From Desulfobacterales bacterium (GTDB lineage: Bacteria; Desulfobacterota; Desulfobacteria; Desulfobacterales; JANQIE01), in NCBI GenBank assembly GCA_028282295.1, contig JANQIE010000147.1, positions 10,992-74,991 on the forward strand: a stretch of DNA of 64,000 nucleotides, written 5' to 3'. This document shows, in pieces, positions 17,121 to 27,214 of the stretch. Positions within the stretch are counted from its first letter, which is position 1. Each line of letters begins with the position of its first letter. The notes beneath the pieces were generated by a model that was given only the letters and a program-made list of their open reading frames with translations, did no database searches and was not told the origin of the DNA. The position numbers and the translations under genes are program-made.

Positions 17121-19889
17121 TTATTCCAGGGAATCACGGATGGTGCGCGCCAGGGTGTCGACCACCAGGGGTTTCATCAAAAAACTGCGGATGCCGATCT
17201 CCTGCGCCTTTTCCGGCGACATCCGGTGGCTGTATCCGGTACACACGATGATCGGCAATTGGGGGCGTATCTCCAGAAGCGCCCGGGCCAGTTTGTCACC
17301 GGTGAGTTGTGGCATGGTCATGTCGGTGATGACCACATCAAAGGCGTCCGGGGATTGCCGGAACAGGTTCAACGCGTCCTGACCGTTGTCGCAGGTGGTG
17401 ACCTGATAGCCCAGGTACTCAAGGGCCTGCCGGCCGATGTCCACCAGTTCGGCCTCGTCGTCGATAAATAAGATCCGCTCCGTGCCGCGCGGAGCCGGTT
17501 CAATGGTTTTGACGGGACGCGGGGTCCTGGCGGTGTGCAGCGGCAGATGGATCGTAAAACAGGCTCCCTGGCCCGGCTCGCTGCGCACCCCGATGTGTCC
17601 GTCATGGCGCGTGACGATACCGTGCACCACCGACAGGCCCAACCCGGTGCCCCGCTCCATTTCCTTGGTCGTGAAATAGGGCTCGAAAATACGTTCCCGC
17701 ACCTCGTCCGGCATGCCTTGGCCGGTATCCTTGATCATCAATTGCGCATAGCGGCCGGGCTTGAGATCGGCAAGACCGGCATCGTCCGGTTCGTCCACAT
17801 CGACTTGCCCGAGGGTTATTTCCAACAGACCGCCGTCTTCTTCCATGGCGTGGGCGGCGTTGGTGCCCAAATTCATCAGCACCTGATGTATTTGGACCGG
17901 ATCAGCCGCAACTACCGCGTCCTCGGTTTCTATCCGTTGGCGGATATCGATGGTTGCGGGAATGGATGCCCGCAACAGTTTGACGACCTCCTTGATGATC
18001 GGGGTCAATGATACGACGCGCTCTTGTTGCCGGCCCTTGCGGCTGAAGGTCAGAATCTGCTGCACCAGATCCTTGGCCCGCAAGCCGGCCTGGTGGGCAT
18101 TTTCCAGGTAGTGGGTGAGTTGGGAACGCCCGGGCGTGTCGATTTGAGCCAATTCGATATAGCCCAAAATGGACGACAAGATGTTGTTGAAATCGTGGGC
18201 GATACCTCCGGCCAGAGTGCCGATGGCTTCCATTTTCTGGGCGTGCTGGATGCGCTCTTCCAGCTTGCGCCGTAAAATTTCGTTTTGTTTGCGATCCGCC
18301 AGTTCCTTTTGCAGTTCGGCATACAAGCGGGCATTGTCCAACGCGATCGACGCCAGCTCGGCAAATCCGGTTAGAAAATCGATTTCGTTCTGGTCGAATT
18401 TTTTGCGATCCTCCACATGGCAGATGCCGATGACCCCCACAATCGCGGTTTCGGATTTCAACGGGATGCCCATGATGGTGTGAATATCGTCCCAATGCGC
18501 ATCCGGGTGACGGCCCGTCCAATTCTGGTAATCATCGATGAGCATATGGCGCCTGGCTTCCACGACCTTGCCGGCCAGACCACTGCCGATATCCATGCGA
18601 AAGCCGATGGTTTCGGCAAACAGGCCGCGGCCTACACGCAATATCAGTTGGTTGCGCGCCGGATCGAGCAGATAGATGTAGCCGTGTTTGGAACCGGCGC
18701 CCTGGGTGGCCCGATTGATGATATCATCGAGCAGTTCATTGACATTGAGCCGCCGGATCAACCCCAGCATGGTTTCGTGCAGTCCCGTAAGGTAGGCGTT
18801 TTGCTGGGCCAATTTGGCTTCGGTCTCGGCATGGCGGGCAACCTGAACTTCCAGCAGGGCATTGCTTTCCTTAAGCTGGGTGGTGTGCTGTTGCACGCGG
18901 GCTTCCAGATTCTCGTTGATTTTTTGCAGGGCTTGTTCGGAGTCGCTCAGATGTTGTTGCTTTTGTTTTAAATCCGCCGAGGTGCGTGCGATACGCCGGC
19001 GAAGTTGATAATTCAACAGTGCCAGGATAGCCGCCACCGCCACCAGACCGGCACCGATAAGCGCCATCAGCCGCAACGACAGCGGCCGGGCCTCTGTGGT
19101 GCCCTGCCAGCGGGCGGCCAGTTCTTTTTTCTCCTCCGGTATGATGCTGCCAAGACCGGTGTTGATTTGAGCCAGTAGCGGCGCATTGCCTTTTTTTACA
19201 CCGGCAAAAATTTTGGAAGTATACAAGGGGGTTTCGGTATGGTTGAAGACATCGGTCAGGCCGTACTTGGCCAGCCAGGTAAGGGCCACCGGGGTATCGC
19301 AGATAAACACTTTCAAAAAGCCGTTGCGGGCGCCAATGATCAGGTCTTCGTAATTGTCATATTCGGTCAGGGCCGCGGTGGGCAATCTCTGCTGAACATA
19401 GGTTTGGGCGTAGTCACCCTTTACGACGCCGATTTTGAATCCGGTCAGATCCTTGAGCTGCTCAATGCCTTGAATCGATTTGTGAAAAAAAGTATGGGTG
19501 TGAATTTCATAAAACGGCTGGGAAAAATCAAAGATTTGCGCGCGTTGGGTGCTGTAGAAAAAACCGGCCACAATGTCGGCCTCGCCGTCCTGAACAGCCT
19601 GGAGCACCTCGGCAAACGTCATCGATTTAAATTCGACGGCCACATTGGTCTTGCGGGCCCAAAGGGACCAGATATCCACAAAAATACCGGTCAGGTTGCC
19701 GTCGGCGTCACGAAAATAAAACGGGGCGTAGTCGTGACTACCGGCGATAATGATTTTTTTGTCGCCGGATGCGGCATTGGCCGGCATCGGGAAAAGTATC
19801 GCCGGCAGGACGGCTATGATTACAATCCAGGCAGCGTTAAAAGAGCATCCGATTCTGTTTTGCGCACGAGCAAGGCTATTCATGGGCAC
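17121..19889 (-). CDS. hybrid sensor histidine kinase (periplasmic SBP_bac_3-like domain, TM, coiled coil, GAF, HisKA, HATPase_c, receiver)
   Basis: Signal peptide. Solute-binding-like region (IIIAGSHDYAPFYF...). TM LMALIGAGLVAVAAILALL. H-box GGIAHDFNNIL. G-boxes. C-terminal receiver (ILFIDDE ... VITDMTMPQLTG). Confidence 0.9.
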   Translation of the reverse strand: MPMNSLARAQNRIGCSFNAAWIVIIAVLPAILFPMPANAASGDKKIIIAGSHDYAPFYFRDADGNLTGIFVDIWSLWARKTNVAVEFKSMTFAEVLQAVQDGEADIVAGFFYSTQRAQIFDFSQPFYEIHTHTFFHKSIQGIEQLKDLTGFKIGVVKGDYAQTYVQQRLPTAALTEYDNYEDLIIGARNGFLKVFICDTPVALTWLAKYGLTDVFNHTETPLYTSKIFAGVKKGNAPLLAQINTGLGSIIPEEKKELAARWQGTTEARPLSLRLMALIGAGLVAVAAILALLNYQLRRRIARTSADLKQKQQHLSDSEQALQKINENLEARVQQHTTQLKESNALLEVQVARHAETEAKLAQQNAYLTGLHETMLGLIRRLNVNELLDDIINRATQGAGSKHGYIYLLDPARNQLILRVGRGLFAETIGFRMDIGSGLAGKVVEARRHMLIDDYQNWTGRHPDAHWDDIHTIMGIPLKSETAIVGVIGICHVEDRKKFDQNEIDFLTGFAELASIALDNARLYAELQKELADRKQNEILRRKLEERIQHAQKMEAIGTLAGGIAHDFNNILSSILGYIELAQIDTPGRSQLTHYLENAHQAGLRAKDLVQQILTFSRKGRQQERVVSLTPIIKEVVKLLRASIPATIDIRQRIETEDAVVAADPVQIHQVLMNLGTNAAHAMEEDGGLLEITLGQVDVDEPDDAGLADLKPGRYAQLMIKDTGQGMPDEVRERIFEPYFTTKEMERGTGLGLSVVHGIVTRHDGHIGVRSEPGQGACFTIHLPLHTARTPRPVKTIEPAPRGTERILFIDDEAELVDIGRQALEYLGYQVTTCDNGQDALNLFRQSPDAFDVVITDMTMPQLTGDKLARALLEIRPQLPIIVCTGYSHRMSPEKAQEIGIRSFLMKPLVVDTLARTIRDSLE

Positions 19890-20001
19890 TGAGTGATCGG
19901 GTTATCATCCATTTTCATTGAGCATTGATTTGTCCTCCAGGATAGCGAATTCGGGTTCGTTTTGTCAAACTTTGCCGAAGACGGTTAAGGGACTTGACGG
20001 C

Positions 20002-20640
20002 TCATTTAATTCCGACAAACGGATTGTTGCGCCGCATTTTTTCCTCACCGATGGTGGTCTGGTGGTTGTGGCCGGCATAAACCGTAACCGCATCGTCTAA
20101 CGCGAAGAGTTTATTTTGAATGCTGCTGATCAGGGTTTCATAGCTGCCGCCGGGAAAATCGGTCCGGCCGATGGAGCCGGCGAACAGGGTGTCGCCCACA
20201 AATACGCATTGCTCCGCCTCGCAGTGCAGGGAGATGCCGCCCGGTGTATGGCCCGGTGTGTGAATTACTTTAAAGGTGATGGTGCCGAAGGTGATGGTAT
20301 CGCCGTCTTCAACCATTCTGTCCGGTGCGGGCGAGTCTTCCGTGGTCATGCCCCAGGCAGCGGCCATGGCGGACAATTGGCTCAACATCGGCGCATCCTG
20401 GCTGTGAATGATGATCGGCGCACCGGTGGCCGCCTTCACCTTTTTGTTGGCGCCCACATGGTCGAAGTGGCCGTGCGTGTTTATAATGGCCTTTACCGTC
20501 AGCTTGTCCTGGGCCAACGCCATCAGTATCCGCTCGGCTTCGTCGCCCGGATCGATGACCGCCGCTTCTTTGGTTTGAGCACAGCCGACAATAAAACAGT
20601 TGGCCATGATCGGCCCGACGGTCAGGTTTTTGATAAGCAT
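20002..20640 (-). CDS. MBL-fold metallo-hydrolase (glyoxalase II-like)
   Basis: HxHxDH motif NTHGHFDHVG. AAAGGA RBS before ATG 20640; the track start at 20676 is less likely. Confidence 0.85.
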   Translation of the reverse strand: MLIKNLTVGPIMANCFIVGCAQTKEAAVIDPGDEAERILMALAQDKLTVKAIINTHGHFDHVGANKKVKAATGAPIIIHSQDAPMLSQLSAMAAAWGMTTEDSPAPDRMVEDGDTITFGTITFKVIHTPGHTPGGISLHCEAEQCVFVGDTLFAGSIGRTDFPGGSYETLISSIQNKLFALDDAVTVYAGHNHQTTIGEEKMRRNNPFVGIK

Positions 20641-20685
20641 GCAAAGATCCTTTCTGTTCTGATATTGCTCGCACAACCGCGGCGA

Positions 20686-20955
20686 TTATTTCTCCCGAAC
20701 GGCTGTTTTGGCTTTTTCTATCAATTCGATCAGGCTGGTCACCTTGGGCTTGGGACGCGTTTGAACCAGCGCGGTATACGCTTCTTCCGTTAATTGCCGT
20801 TGTAGATAAGCACAGACATCAAAGGACTCCCACCAGCAGTCCTGTATTTTGAAGCAGCATGTCGCTTGTTCGCCGCTCGTGCGGCAGTACGCGAACGACA
20901 CGTCGTTGCCCAGGCGCGGGCAGCGTCGTTTAAGGTGGTCTTTACGGCTGTCCAT
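20686..20955 (-). CDS. hypothetical Cys/Trp-rich small protein (89 aa)
   Basis: ORF only. Six Cys in the first 50 residues (RRCP, YC, CC, DC, VC). Not recognised. Confidence 0.4.
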   Translation of the reverse strand: MDSRKDHLKRRCPRLGNDVSFAYCRTSGEQATCCFKIQDCWWESFDVCAYLQRQLTEEAYTALVQTRPKPKVTSLIELIEKAKTAVREK

Positions 20956-20987
20956 GGGTTGATCACATATTATTTTTGTGCGAGCCC

Positions 20988-22364
20988 TTATCTGCTTTTC
21001 AGCGATGCCGGTTTGGGAAAATCGGCAAAGGCTTTTTCCGCTTTGACGATTTCTTCATCGCTCAGCTCAAAATCGGTCAGGTCACCGGCCAGGTATTTGG
21101 CGTATGCGGTCAAATCCAACAGGCCGTGACCGCTGAAGCAGACCAGAATTACTTTGGCCTTGCCTTCTTCCCTGGCTTTTCGGGCTTCGGCGATGGCACC
21201 GGCCAGGGCATGGGTGGTCTCGGGCGCGGGAATGATCCCTTCGGTGCGTGAAAACAGGATGCCGGCCTTTAGGGCATCGAGTTGGGAGATCGCTTGCGGC
21301 GTGACGATTCCCTCGTCAACCAACTGGCTCACCGTGGGCGCCATGCCGTGGTACCGCAGGCCACCGGCGTGAAAGGGCGGCGGTACAAAGGTGTGACCCA
21401 GGCTGTGCATGGGCAGCAGGGGGGTGTAGCCGGCGGTATCGCCATGGTCGTAGACAAAGGGGGCTTTGGTCAGGGTCGGGCAGGCCGCCGGCTCCACCGG
21501 GTAGATCTCGACCTGCTTGCCGTTGATTTTGTCGCAGGCAAACGGAAAGGCGAGGCCGGCAAAATTACTGCCGCCGCCGGCGCAGCCGATGACAACGTCC
21601 GGGTATGCGCCGACTTTGGTCAACTGCGCCTTGGCTTCCAGTCCGATGACGGTCTGGTGCAGCATGACATGATTGAGCACGCTGCCCAACGAATACCGGG
21701 TCTCGCCGGATTGATCCGCCACGGCGGCCTCCACGGCCTCGCTGATGGCGATCCCCAGACTGCCCGGTGTTTTTGGGTTTTTGGCCAGGGCGTCCTGGCC
21801 GGCCTTGGTTTCGGGGCTGGGGCTGGGGACACACTTGCCGCCCCAGGCTTCCATCATTGACTTGCGATACGGCTTCTGGTCGAAACTGATGCGGACCATG
21901 AAGACTTTGCATTCCAGACCGAATTGGGCGCAGGCAAACGACAACGCGCTGCCCCATTGCCCGGCTCCGGTTTCGGTGGTGATCCGTTTAATGCCGAAGA
22001 TTTTATTGTAGTAGGCTTGCGGCACGGCGGTATTCGGTTTGTGGCTGCCGGGAGGACTGACGCTTTCATTCTTGAAATAGATCCTGGCCGGTGTGTCCAG
22101 GGCTTTTTCCAGTGCAGTGGCGCGCACCAGCGGCGTGGGGCGCCAGATCCGGTAGACATCCAGGATCTCTGCGGGGATGTCGATCCAGCGTTCGGTGCTC
22201 ACCTCCTGCTCGATCAGATTCATGGGAAAGACAGGAGCCAGGGCATCGGGCGTTACCGGGTTGCCATCCGGGCCCAACAGGGGATTCATCTTGATATCCG
22301 CCAGAATGTTATACCACTGGCGCGGCATCTCCTCGGCCGTTAACATGATATTCTTTACTTCCAT
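20988..22364 (-). CDS. trpB: TrpB-like PLP-dependent enzyme (tryptophan synthase beta, type 2)
   Basis: N-terminus [10 protein letters not shown] and about 458 aa length are typical of TrpB2. GxGGGSN PLP loop ([10 protein letters not shown]). Confidence 0.85.
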   Translation of the reverse strand: MEVKNIMLTAEEMPRQWYNILADIKMNPLLGPDGNPVTPDALAPVFPMNLIEQEVSTERWIDIPAEILDVYRIWRPTPLVRATALEKALDTPARIYFKNESVSPPGSHKPNTAVPQAYYNKIFGIKRITTETGAGQWGSALSFACAQFGLECKVFMVRISFDQKPYRKSMMEAWGGKCVPSPSPETKAGQDALAKNPKTPGSLGIAISEAVEAAVADQSGETRYSLGSVLNHVMLHQTVIGLEAKAQLTKVGAYPDVVIGCAGGGSNFAGLAFPFACDKINGKQVEIYPVEPAACPTLTKAPFVYDHGDTAGYTPLLPMHSLGHTFVPPPFHAGGLRYHGMAPTVSQLVDEGIVTPQAISQLDALKAGILFSRTEGIIPAPETTHALAGAIAEARKAREEGKAKVILVCFSGHGLLDLTAYAKYLAGDLTDFELSDEEIVKAEKAFADFPKPASLKSR

Positions 22365-22373
22365 GACTCCTCC

Positions 22374-22835
22374 TTATGCCTTGTTTGATACCACAGGGGG
22401 TGTGGTCCGAGCCGGTGGTGGTTTCTTCGGAAGGCTGCGGGTTTTGCGAATGCTGTCCAAAATACCATTGATAAATGATCCCGACTCATCCGTGCCGAAT
22501 TTCTTACCAATATCAATTGCTTCGTTGATCGATACTTTTACCGGGATATCCTCACAATACAGCAGCTCATACACGGCGATGCGCAAAATATTGCGATCGA
22601 CACCGGCCATGCGGGAAAGTCTCCAATTGTCCGAGTACTGCTCAATGGTGGCATCAAGTTCGGCCTTGGCCTCCAGGACACCGGTTACCAGGGTTTCAAA
22701 AAAAGCAGGCTTGCGCTTGCCCTCCAGAAAACACTGGCAGTAGCTGTCGATCATTTCAGGGGAGGCGCAACGCTGCGCATCCATATAAAACAATGCCTGC
22801 AAGGCATACTCGCGTGATTTACGACGGTTTCCCAT
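22374..22835 (-). CDS. nusB: transcription antitermination factor NusB
   Basis: MGNRRKSREYALQALFYMD start at 22835. Classical position after ribH. Confidence 0.9.
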   Translation of the reverse strand: MGNRRKSREYALQALFYMDAQRCASPEMIDSYCQCFLEGKRKPAFFETLVTGVLEAKAELDATIEQYSDNWRLSRMAGVDRNILRIAVYELLYCEDIPVKVSINEAIDIGKKFGTDESGSFINGILDSIRKTRSLPKKPPPARTTPPVVSNKA

Positions 22836-22849
22836 GGTCAATAGATCCG

Positions 22850-23317
22850 TTATCCAACAACTGTTACCAAATTGGCCATTTCCACCGCACTCATGGCGGC
22901 GCTCCAACCTTTGTTGCCGGCTTTGGTACCGGCACGCTCGATAGCCTGTTCGATGGTTTCAGTGGTGATAATGCCGAAAATCACCGGCACCTGGGTTTGC
23001 AGGGTGACCTGGGCGATCCCCTTGCTGACTTCGGCACAAACATAGTCATAGTGTGTGGTGGCCCCGCGAATCACCGCCCCCAGGCAGATCACGGCATGAA
23101 ATTGCCCGCGCGCCGCCATTTTTTGCGCGATCAACGGAATCTCGAATGCACCGGGCACCTTGACCACTTCAATCGCCTGTTCGTCGGCCCCGCACCGCGT
23201 CAGGGCGTCCACAGCCCCCCCCAACAACTTCTCCGTTATAAAATCATTAAACCGACTGACAATAATGCCGAACCGCTTGCCTTCGGCAATCAGATGACCT
23301 TCCGTAACCGTGGGCAT
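22850..23317 (-). CDS. ribH: 6,7-dimethyl-8-ribityllumazine synthase
   Basis: 155 aa. [10 protein letters not shown] ... GAFEIP ... [18 protein letters not shown] signature. Confidence 0.95.
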   Translation of the reverse strand: MPTVTEGHLIAEGKRFGIIVSRFNDFITEKLLGGAVDALTRCGADEQAIEVVKVPGAFEIPLIAQKMAARGQFHAVICLGAVIRGATTHYDYVCAEVSKGIAQVTLQTQVPVIFGIITTETIEQAIERAGTKAGNKGWSAAMSAVEMANLVTVVG

Positions 23318-23332
23318 GGTTGCCTCCTTTTA

Positions 23333-23498
23333 GTTTGAAATTTAAAACTCGAAAATTGAAACTTGAATAGTCTGGAAAAATTGTGGTGCTCAACCGTCTT
23401 GAAACCAGCGCCTTGATGATGATTAAAAAGCACTAAGAACGGTCAAAACGATAGAGAACCTCCCTCCAAATTTCCAGTTTCAAATTTCAAGTTTCAAC
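23333..23498. repeat. AT-rich periodic-arm repeat locus between ribH and ribBA
   Basis: Left arm GTTTGAAATTTAAAACTCGAAAATTGAAACTTGAA. Right arm CAAATTTCCAGTTTCAAATTTCAAGTTTCAAC, the same unit in the opposite orientation. About 100-nt unrelated core. Confidence 0.7.
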
Positions 23499-23499
23499 C

Positions 23500-24714
23500 T
23501 CAGGGTGTTGCCTCAATATTCAACAAATGTCCCATTTTCAATTTTTTGCATTCCAGGTAGCACCGGTTGTGTTCGTTGGCTTCGATCTCCATGGGAACCT
23601 GGTCCACAACGCTCAGGCCGTATCCTTGCAGGCCGACCATTTTCTTCGGGTTGTTGGTGATCAGGCGCATTTTCTTGACCCCCAAATCGACCAGCACCTG
23701 GGCACCGATACCGTAGTTGCGCAAATCCGGTTTAAACCCGAGCTTTTCGTTGGCTTCCACGGTGTCCATGCCCTGGTCCTGCAAATTATAGGCTTTGAGT
23801 TTGTTGACCAATCCGATCCCGCGGCCCTCCTGGCGGATATAGAGCAGGACGCCGGCGCCGGCTTTGTCCATCATCTGCATGGACCGGTGCAGTTGATCAC
23901 CGCAGTCGCAACGCATGGAGCCGAAGATATCGCCGGTCATACATTCCGAGTGAACCCGCACCAGCACCGGCTCCTCAGGATTGATCTGCCCCTTGATCAT
24001 GGCGATGTGCTGATACGCGTCCATGTCGTTTTCATAGACGATCACGGTGAATTCACCGGCGTGTTCGGTGGGCACCCGGGCCTCGACGGCGCGCTTGACA
24101 AAAGACTCGGTGCGCATGCGGTACTCGATCAGATCGGCAATGGTGCAGATTCCGATGCCGTGCTCTTCGCTGAACTTTTCCAGGGACGGCATGCGTGCCA
24201 TGGTGCCGTCATCGTCCATGATTTCACAAATTACGCCGGCCGGCCGCAAACCGGCCAAGCGGGCCAGATCCACCGATCCTTCGGTCTGGCCGCACCGGAC
24301 GATGACGCCGCCGTCCTGGGCCCTTAACGGAAAAATATGTCCGGGACGCACCAGATCGGTCGGTTTGGCGTCGTCGGCCATGGCCGTCAAAATGGTGGTG
24401 GCGCGATCCGCCGCCGAAATCCCGGTGGTCACGCCGCAACGGGCTTCAATCGACACGGTAAAACCGGTCCCATAGGGCGACGTGTTGTTGTCGACCATCA
24501 TCGGGATTTGCAACTCATCCAGCTTTGCCTTTGTCATGGACAAGCAGACTAGCCCTCGACCATATTTGGCCATGAAATTAATCGCCTCGGGCGTTATCTT
24601 CTCGGCGGCCATGGTCAAATCGCCTTCGTTTTCACGGTCCTCGTCATCGACAAGAATGACCATTTTGCCATCCTTGATGTCGCGAATGGCTTGCTCGATA
24701 GTTATTAGTGGCAT
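23500..24714 (-). CDS. ribBA: bifunctional 3,4-dihydroxy-2-butanone-4-phosphate synthase / GTP cyclohydrolase II
   Basis: [11 protein letters not shown] (DHBP synthase) and [17 protein letters not shown] (GCH II zinc site). Confidence 0.95.
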   Translation of the reverse strand: MPLITIEQAIRDIKDGKMVILVDDEDRENEGDLTMAAEKITPEAINFMAKYGRGLVCLSMTKAKLDELQIPMMVDNNTSPYGTGFTVSIEARCGVTTGISAADRATTILTAMADDAKPTDLVRPGHIFPLRAQDGGVIVRCGQTEGSVDLARLAGLRPAGVICEIMDDDGTMARMPSLEKFSEEHGIGICTIADLIEYRMRTESFVKRAVEARVPTEHAGEFTVIVYENDMDAYQHIAMIKGQINPEEPVLVRVHSECMTGDIFGSMRCDCGDQLHRSMQMMDKAGAGVLLYIRQEGRGIGLVNKLKAYNLQDQGMDTVEANEKLGFKPDLRNYGIGAQVLVDLGVKKMRLITNNPKKMVGLQGYGLSVVDQVPMEIEANEHNRCYLECKKLKMGHLLNIEATP

Positions 24715-24757
24715 TTCTTTTCGTTCTCCTATCTACTACCGGTGATCCGGTATTTCA

Positions 24758-25414
24758 TTACAAAAATCCGGTTTTACCCAAAAACGCCAGATCAACGCCA
24801 CCGGGTGGCTTTTCCCGGCCGGACGCCGGGCGTGTGATAAAGCGCTCAATGTACTTGCCGATCATGTCGGTTTCAATATTGACCTTGGCCCCGGTTTTTT
24901 TTAGACCGATGGTAGTCAGCCGGGCCGTATGGGGAATAATGCTGACTTCAAAACAGTCATCGGTCAGGGTGTTGATGGTCAGACTGGCGCCGTCCACCGC
25001 CACGCTGCCCTTGGCAATCATGTACCGGGTCAGCGCCGGCGCGACACCGACCCGCACGCGAACGGCATTGCCCACAGTCTGTCGCTGCAACAGGGTCCCC
25101 AGGCCGTCGACGTGACCTGAAACCAGATGACCATCGAGGCGATCGGACAACCGCAACGCCCGCTCCAGATTCACCTGTTCACCGATCCGGGCCTGGCCGA
25201 ATGTCGATTTGGCCAGCGTCTCCGGCGAAACATCGACCTCAAAGCGTCGACCGGCGATCACCACCGCCGTCAAACAGACCCCGTTGACCGCGATACTATC
25301 GCCGATTTTGGTTGCACTCAGATCAAAACCCGCCTCGATCGCCAGCCTTTTCCCCTGCCCAGCCGACCGGATGGCGGCAATTTGCCCCAAGTCTTCTATG
25401 ATCCCCGTAAACAT
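24758..25414 (-). CDS. ribE: riboflavin synthase (alpha chain)
   Basis: MFTGIIEDLG start and internal duplication (NGVCLT / DGASLT). Confidence 0.9.
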   Translation of the reverse strand: MFTGIIEDLGQIAAIRSAGQGKRLAIEAGFDLSATKIGDSIAVNGVCLTAVVIAGRRFEVDVSPETLAKSTFGQARIGEQVNLERALRLSDRLDGHLVSGHVDGLGTLLQRQTVGNAVRVRVGVAPALTRYMIAKGSVAVDGASLTINTLTDDCFEVSIIPHTARLTTIGLKKTGAKVNIETDMIGKYIERFITRPASGREKPPGGVDLAFLGKTGFL

Positions 25415-25424
25415 GGAATGACTT

Positions 25425-25624
25425 CAATTAAGAATTAGGAATTAAGAAATAAGAATTAAGGTTGCAAATCGTTTTGAATCGACATCATACCGCCATTCTC
25501 AATTTCCAATTCCTAATTTCCATTAATTGCCCTATGATAAAATGCATTAAGAACAAAGTTAAAAGTCGGTTTTAAATCGACACCATACCGCCATTCTTAA
25601 TTCCCAATTCTTAATTCTTAATTG
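25425..25624. repeat. AT-rich periodic-arm repeat locus between ribE and ribD (two tandem units)
   Basis: Arms built from AATTAAGAATT units (25425-25461 pairs colinearly with 25495-25529). Conserved core GTTTTGAATCGACATCATACCGCCATTCT repeated as GTTTTAAATCGACACCATACCGCCATTCT. The last arm overlaps the ribD stop codon. Confidence 0.75.
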
Positions 25625-26736
25625 CCGTATAAGTATCCTTCAATCGCAATATCATTTCCAAAATGCCGAACCGCGATATCTTTAACCGGTGTGGCCCGGG
25701 CCATCAAGTCGGCCCCGTTGCCGTCGCACATCGGGATGCCGCGTCCGCCCAACAGTTTGGGGGCGTAAAATAAAAACACCTTGTCGACAATGCCGGCCGC
25801 TAACGCCGATGCACTGACATGACTGCCGCCTTCCACCAGAACGCTTTGAATCTGCATGTCTGCCAGCCGTTCCATCAGCAGGTCGAGATCAAGGCGGCCG
25901 TCAACCTCGGGCAATCCCAGAATTTGGGCGCCACGCTGTTCAAGTCGCCGTTGCCTGGTTCTGATGTCATCGCGCGTCAAGGCTGTCTCGCCGGCAACGA
26001 TGACCGTGGGCGCTTCCGATTTCTGATTTACCAGACGCGCCTTTTCACAGATCGTCAACTGCGTGTCCAGAATAACTCGGACCGGATCCTTGCCCTTGAT
26101 ATCTTCCAGACGCGTGGTCAATTCCGGATCATCGGCCCGCACGGTGCCGATCCCCACCATGATGGCGTCGTTGGCATGCCGCATTCGATGAACATGTTCA
26201 CGCGCCTGAGGGCCGGTCACCCAACGCGCATCACCACTGCGGGTGGCGATCTGGCCGTCCAGGGTGGCGGCGCATTTCAAGGTCACAAAAGGGCGTTTGG
26301 CCTGCACAAATTTTACGAAGCTTTCGTTCAAACGCCGGGCCTTGTCTTCGCAAACACCTGTCAATACCTCGATCCCATGGGCCCGCAGTGTTTGCGCCCC
26401 GCCACCGGCGACATCCGGATTGGGATCCGGCATGGCCATCACCACCCGGCTGATGCCGGCCTCGATTATTTTTTGGGTGCACGGCGGCGTGCGGCCGGTA
26501 TGATTACACGGTTCCAGGCTGACATACAAGGTTGCCCCGCGCGCCTGTCCTTCGGCGTCATCGATGGCGTGGACTTCGGCATGCGCCCCACCGACATTGC
26601 GATGATAGCCCATGCCGACAACCAACTCATCTTTGACAATAACGGCTCCAACCATCGGGTTGGGAGACGTAAAGCCCTGCCCATGAAGCGCCAGGTCGAG
26701 CGCCATGGCCATAAAGTAGGTGTCGTCCATATTCAA
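25618..26736 (-). CDS. ribD: bifunctional riboflavin biosynthesis deaminase/reductase
   Basis: CMP/dCMP deaminase zinc motif HAEVHA ... EPCNHTGRTPPC, plus the C-terminal RibD reductase domain. Confidence 0.95.
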   Translation of the reverse strand: MNMDDTYFMAMALDLALHGQGFTSPNPMVGAVIVKDELVVGMGYHRNVGGAHAEVHAIDDAEGQARGATLYVSLEPCNHTGRTPPCTQKIIEAGISRVVMAMPDPNPDVAGGGAQTLRAHGIEVLTGVCEDKARRLNESFVKFVQAKRPFVTLKCAATLDGQIATRSGDARWVTGPQAREHVHRMRHANDAIMVGIGTVRADDPELTTRLEDIKGKDPVRVILDTQLTICEKARLVNQKSEAPTVIVAGETALTRDDIRTRQRRLEQRGAQILGLPEVDGRLDLDLLMERLADMQIQSVLVEGGSHVSASALAAGIVDKVFLFYAPKLLGGRGIPMCDGNGADLMARATPVKDIAVRHFGNDIAIEGYLYGN

Positions 26737-26741
26737 TTCAA

Positions 26742-27203
26742 CTAGGTCTGTCCATTGCTCAGCAAACTTTTCAACTCGTCCACAAAATCGTTTACATCCT
26801 TGAATTCGCGGTAAACCGATGCAAAGCGCACATAGGCCACATCATCCAGCGCATGCAGTTTGGCCATAATTTTTTCGCCGATAATCCGCGATTGGATCTC
26901 TTTCTCGCCGGTCTCGCGCAAATCACGCTCCATCTCTTCGATGAATTCTTCGATCACATTGATGCTGATGTCACGCTTTTCACAGGCCCGCTTCATTCCC
27001 GAGCCGGCTTTTTCACGGCTGAAGACTTCCCGCCGGCCGTCTTTCTTGACGATCATCAATGGAATCTCTTCGATATGCTCATAGGTCGTAAACCGGCGTG
27101 CGCACAAAATGCATTCTCTGCGCCGACGGATCACCGTGGCATCCTTGCTCAAGCGCGAATCGATCACCTTGTTGTCAATTTCGCCGCAAAACGGACATTT
27201 CAT
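26742..27203 (-). CDS. nrdR: transcriptional repressor NrdR
   Basis: MKCPFCG ... C..C zinc ribbon plus ATP-cone. 153 aa. Confidence 0.95.
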   Translation of the reverse strand: MKCPFCGEIDNKVIDSRLSKDATVIRRRRECILCARRFTTYEHIEEIPLMIVKKDGRREVFSREKAGSGMKRACEKRDISINVIEEFIEEMERDLRETGEKEIQSRIIGEKIMAKLHALDDVAYVRFASVYREFKDVNDFVDELKSLLSNGQT

Positions 27204-27214
27204 GCGCCATTCCT

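Noticed and set aside
23318-25617. FMN riboswitch in the rib operon spacers
   Set aside because: I looked in the ribBA-ribH and ribD-ribE gaps for the conserved FMN-element core (GGATAGTGAAAGCC... / ...GGATG..GAGA type) and found only the AT-rich repeat elements. Any riboswitch would more likely lie further upstream, and none was recognisable.
25425-25624. AT-rich repeated blocks considered as a CRISPR array
   Set aside because: The repeat units are only about 11 nt, occur in inverted orientation around a core, have no unique spacers of regular length, and no cas genes or leader are nearby.
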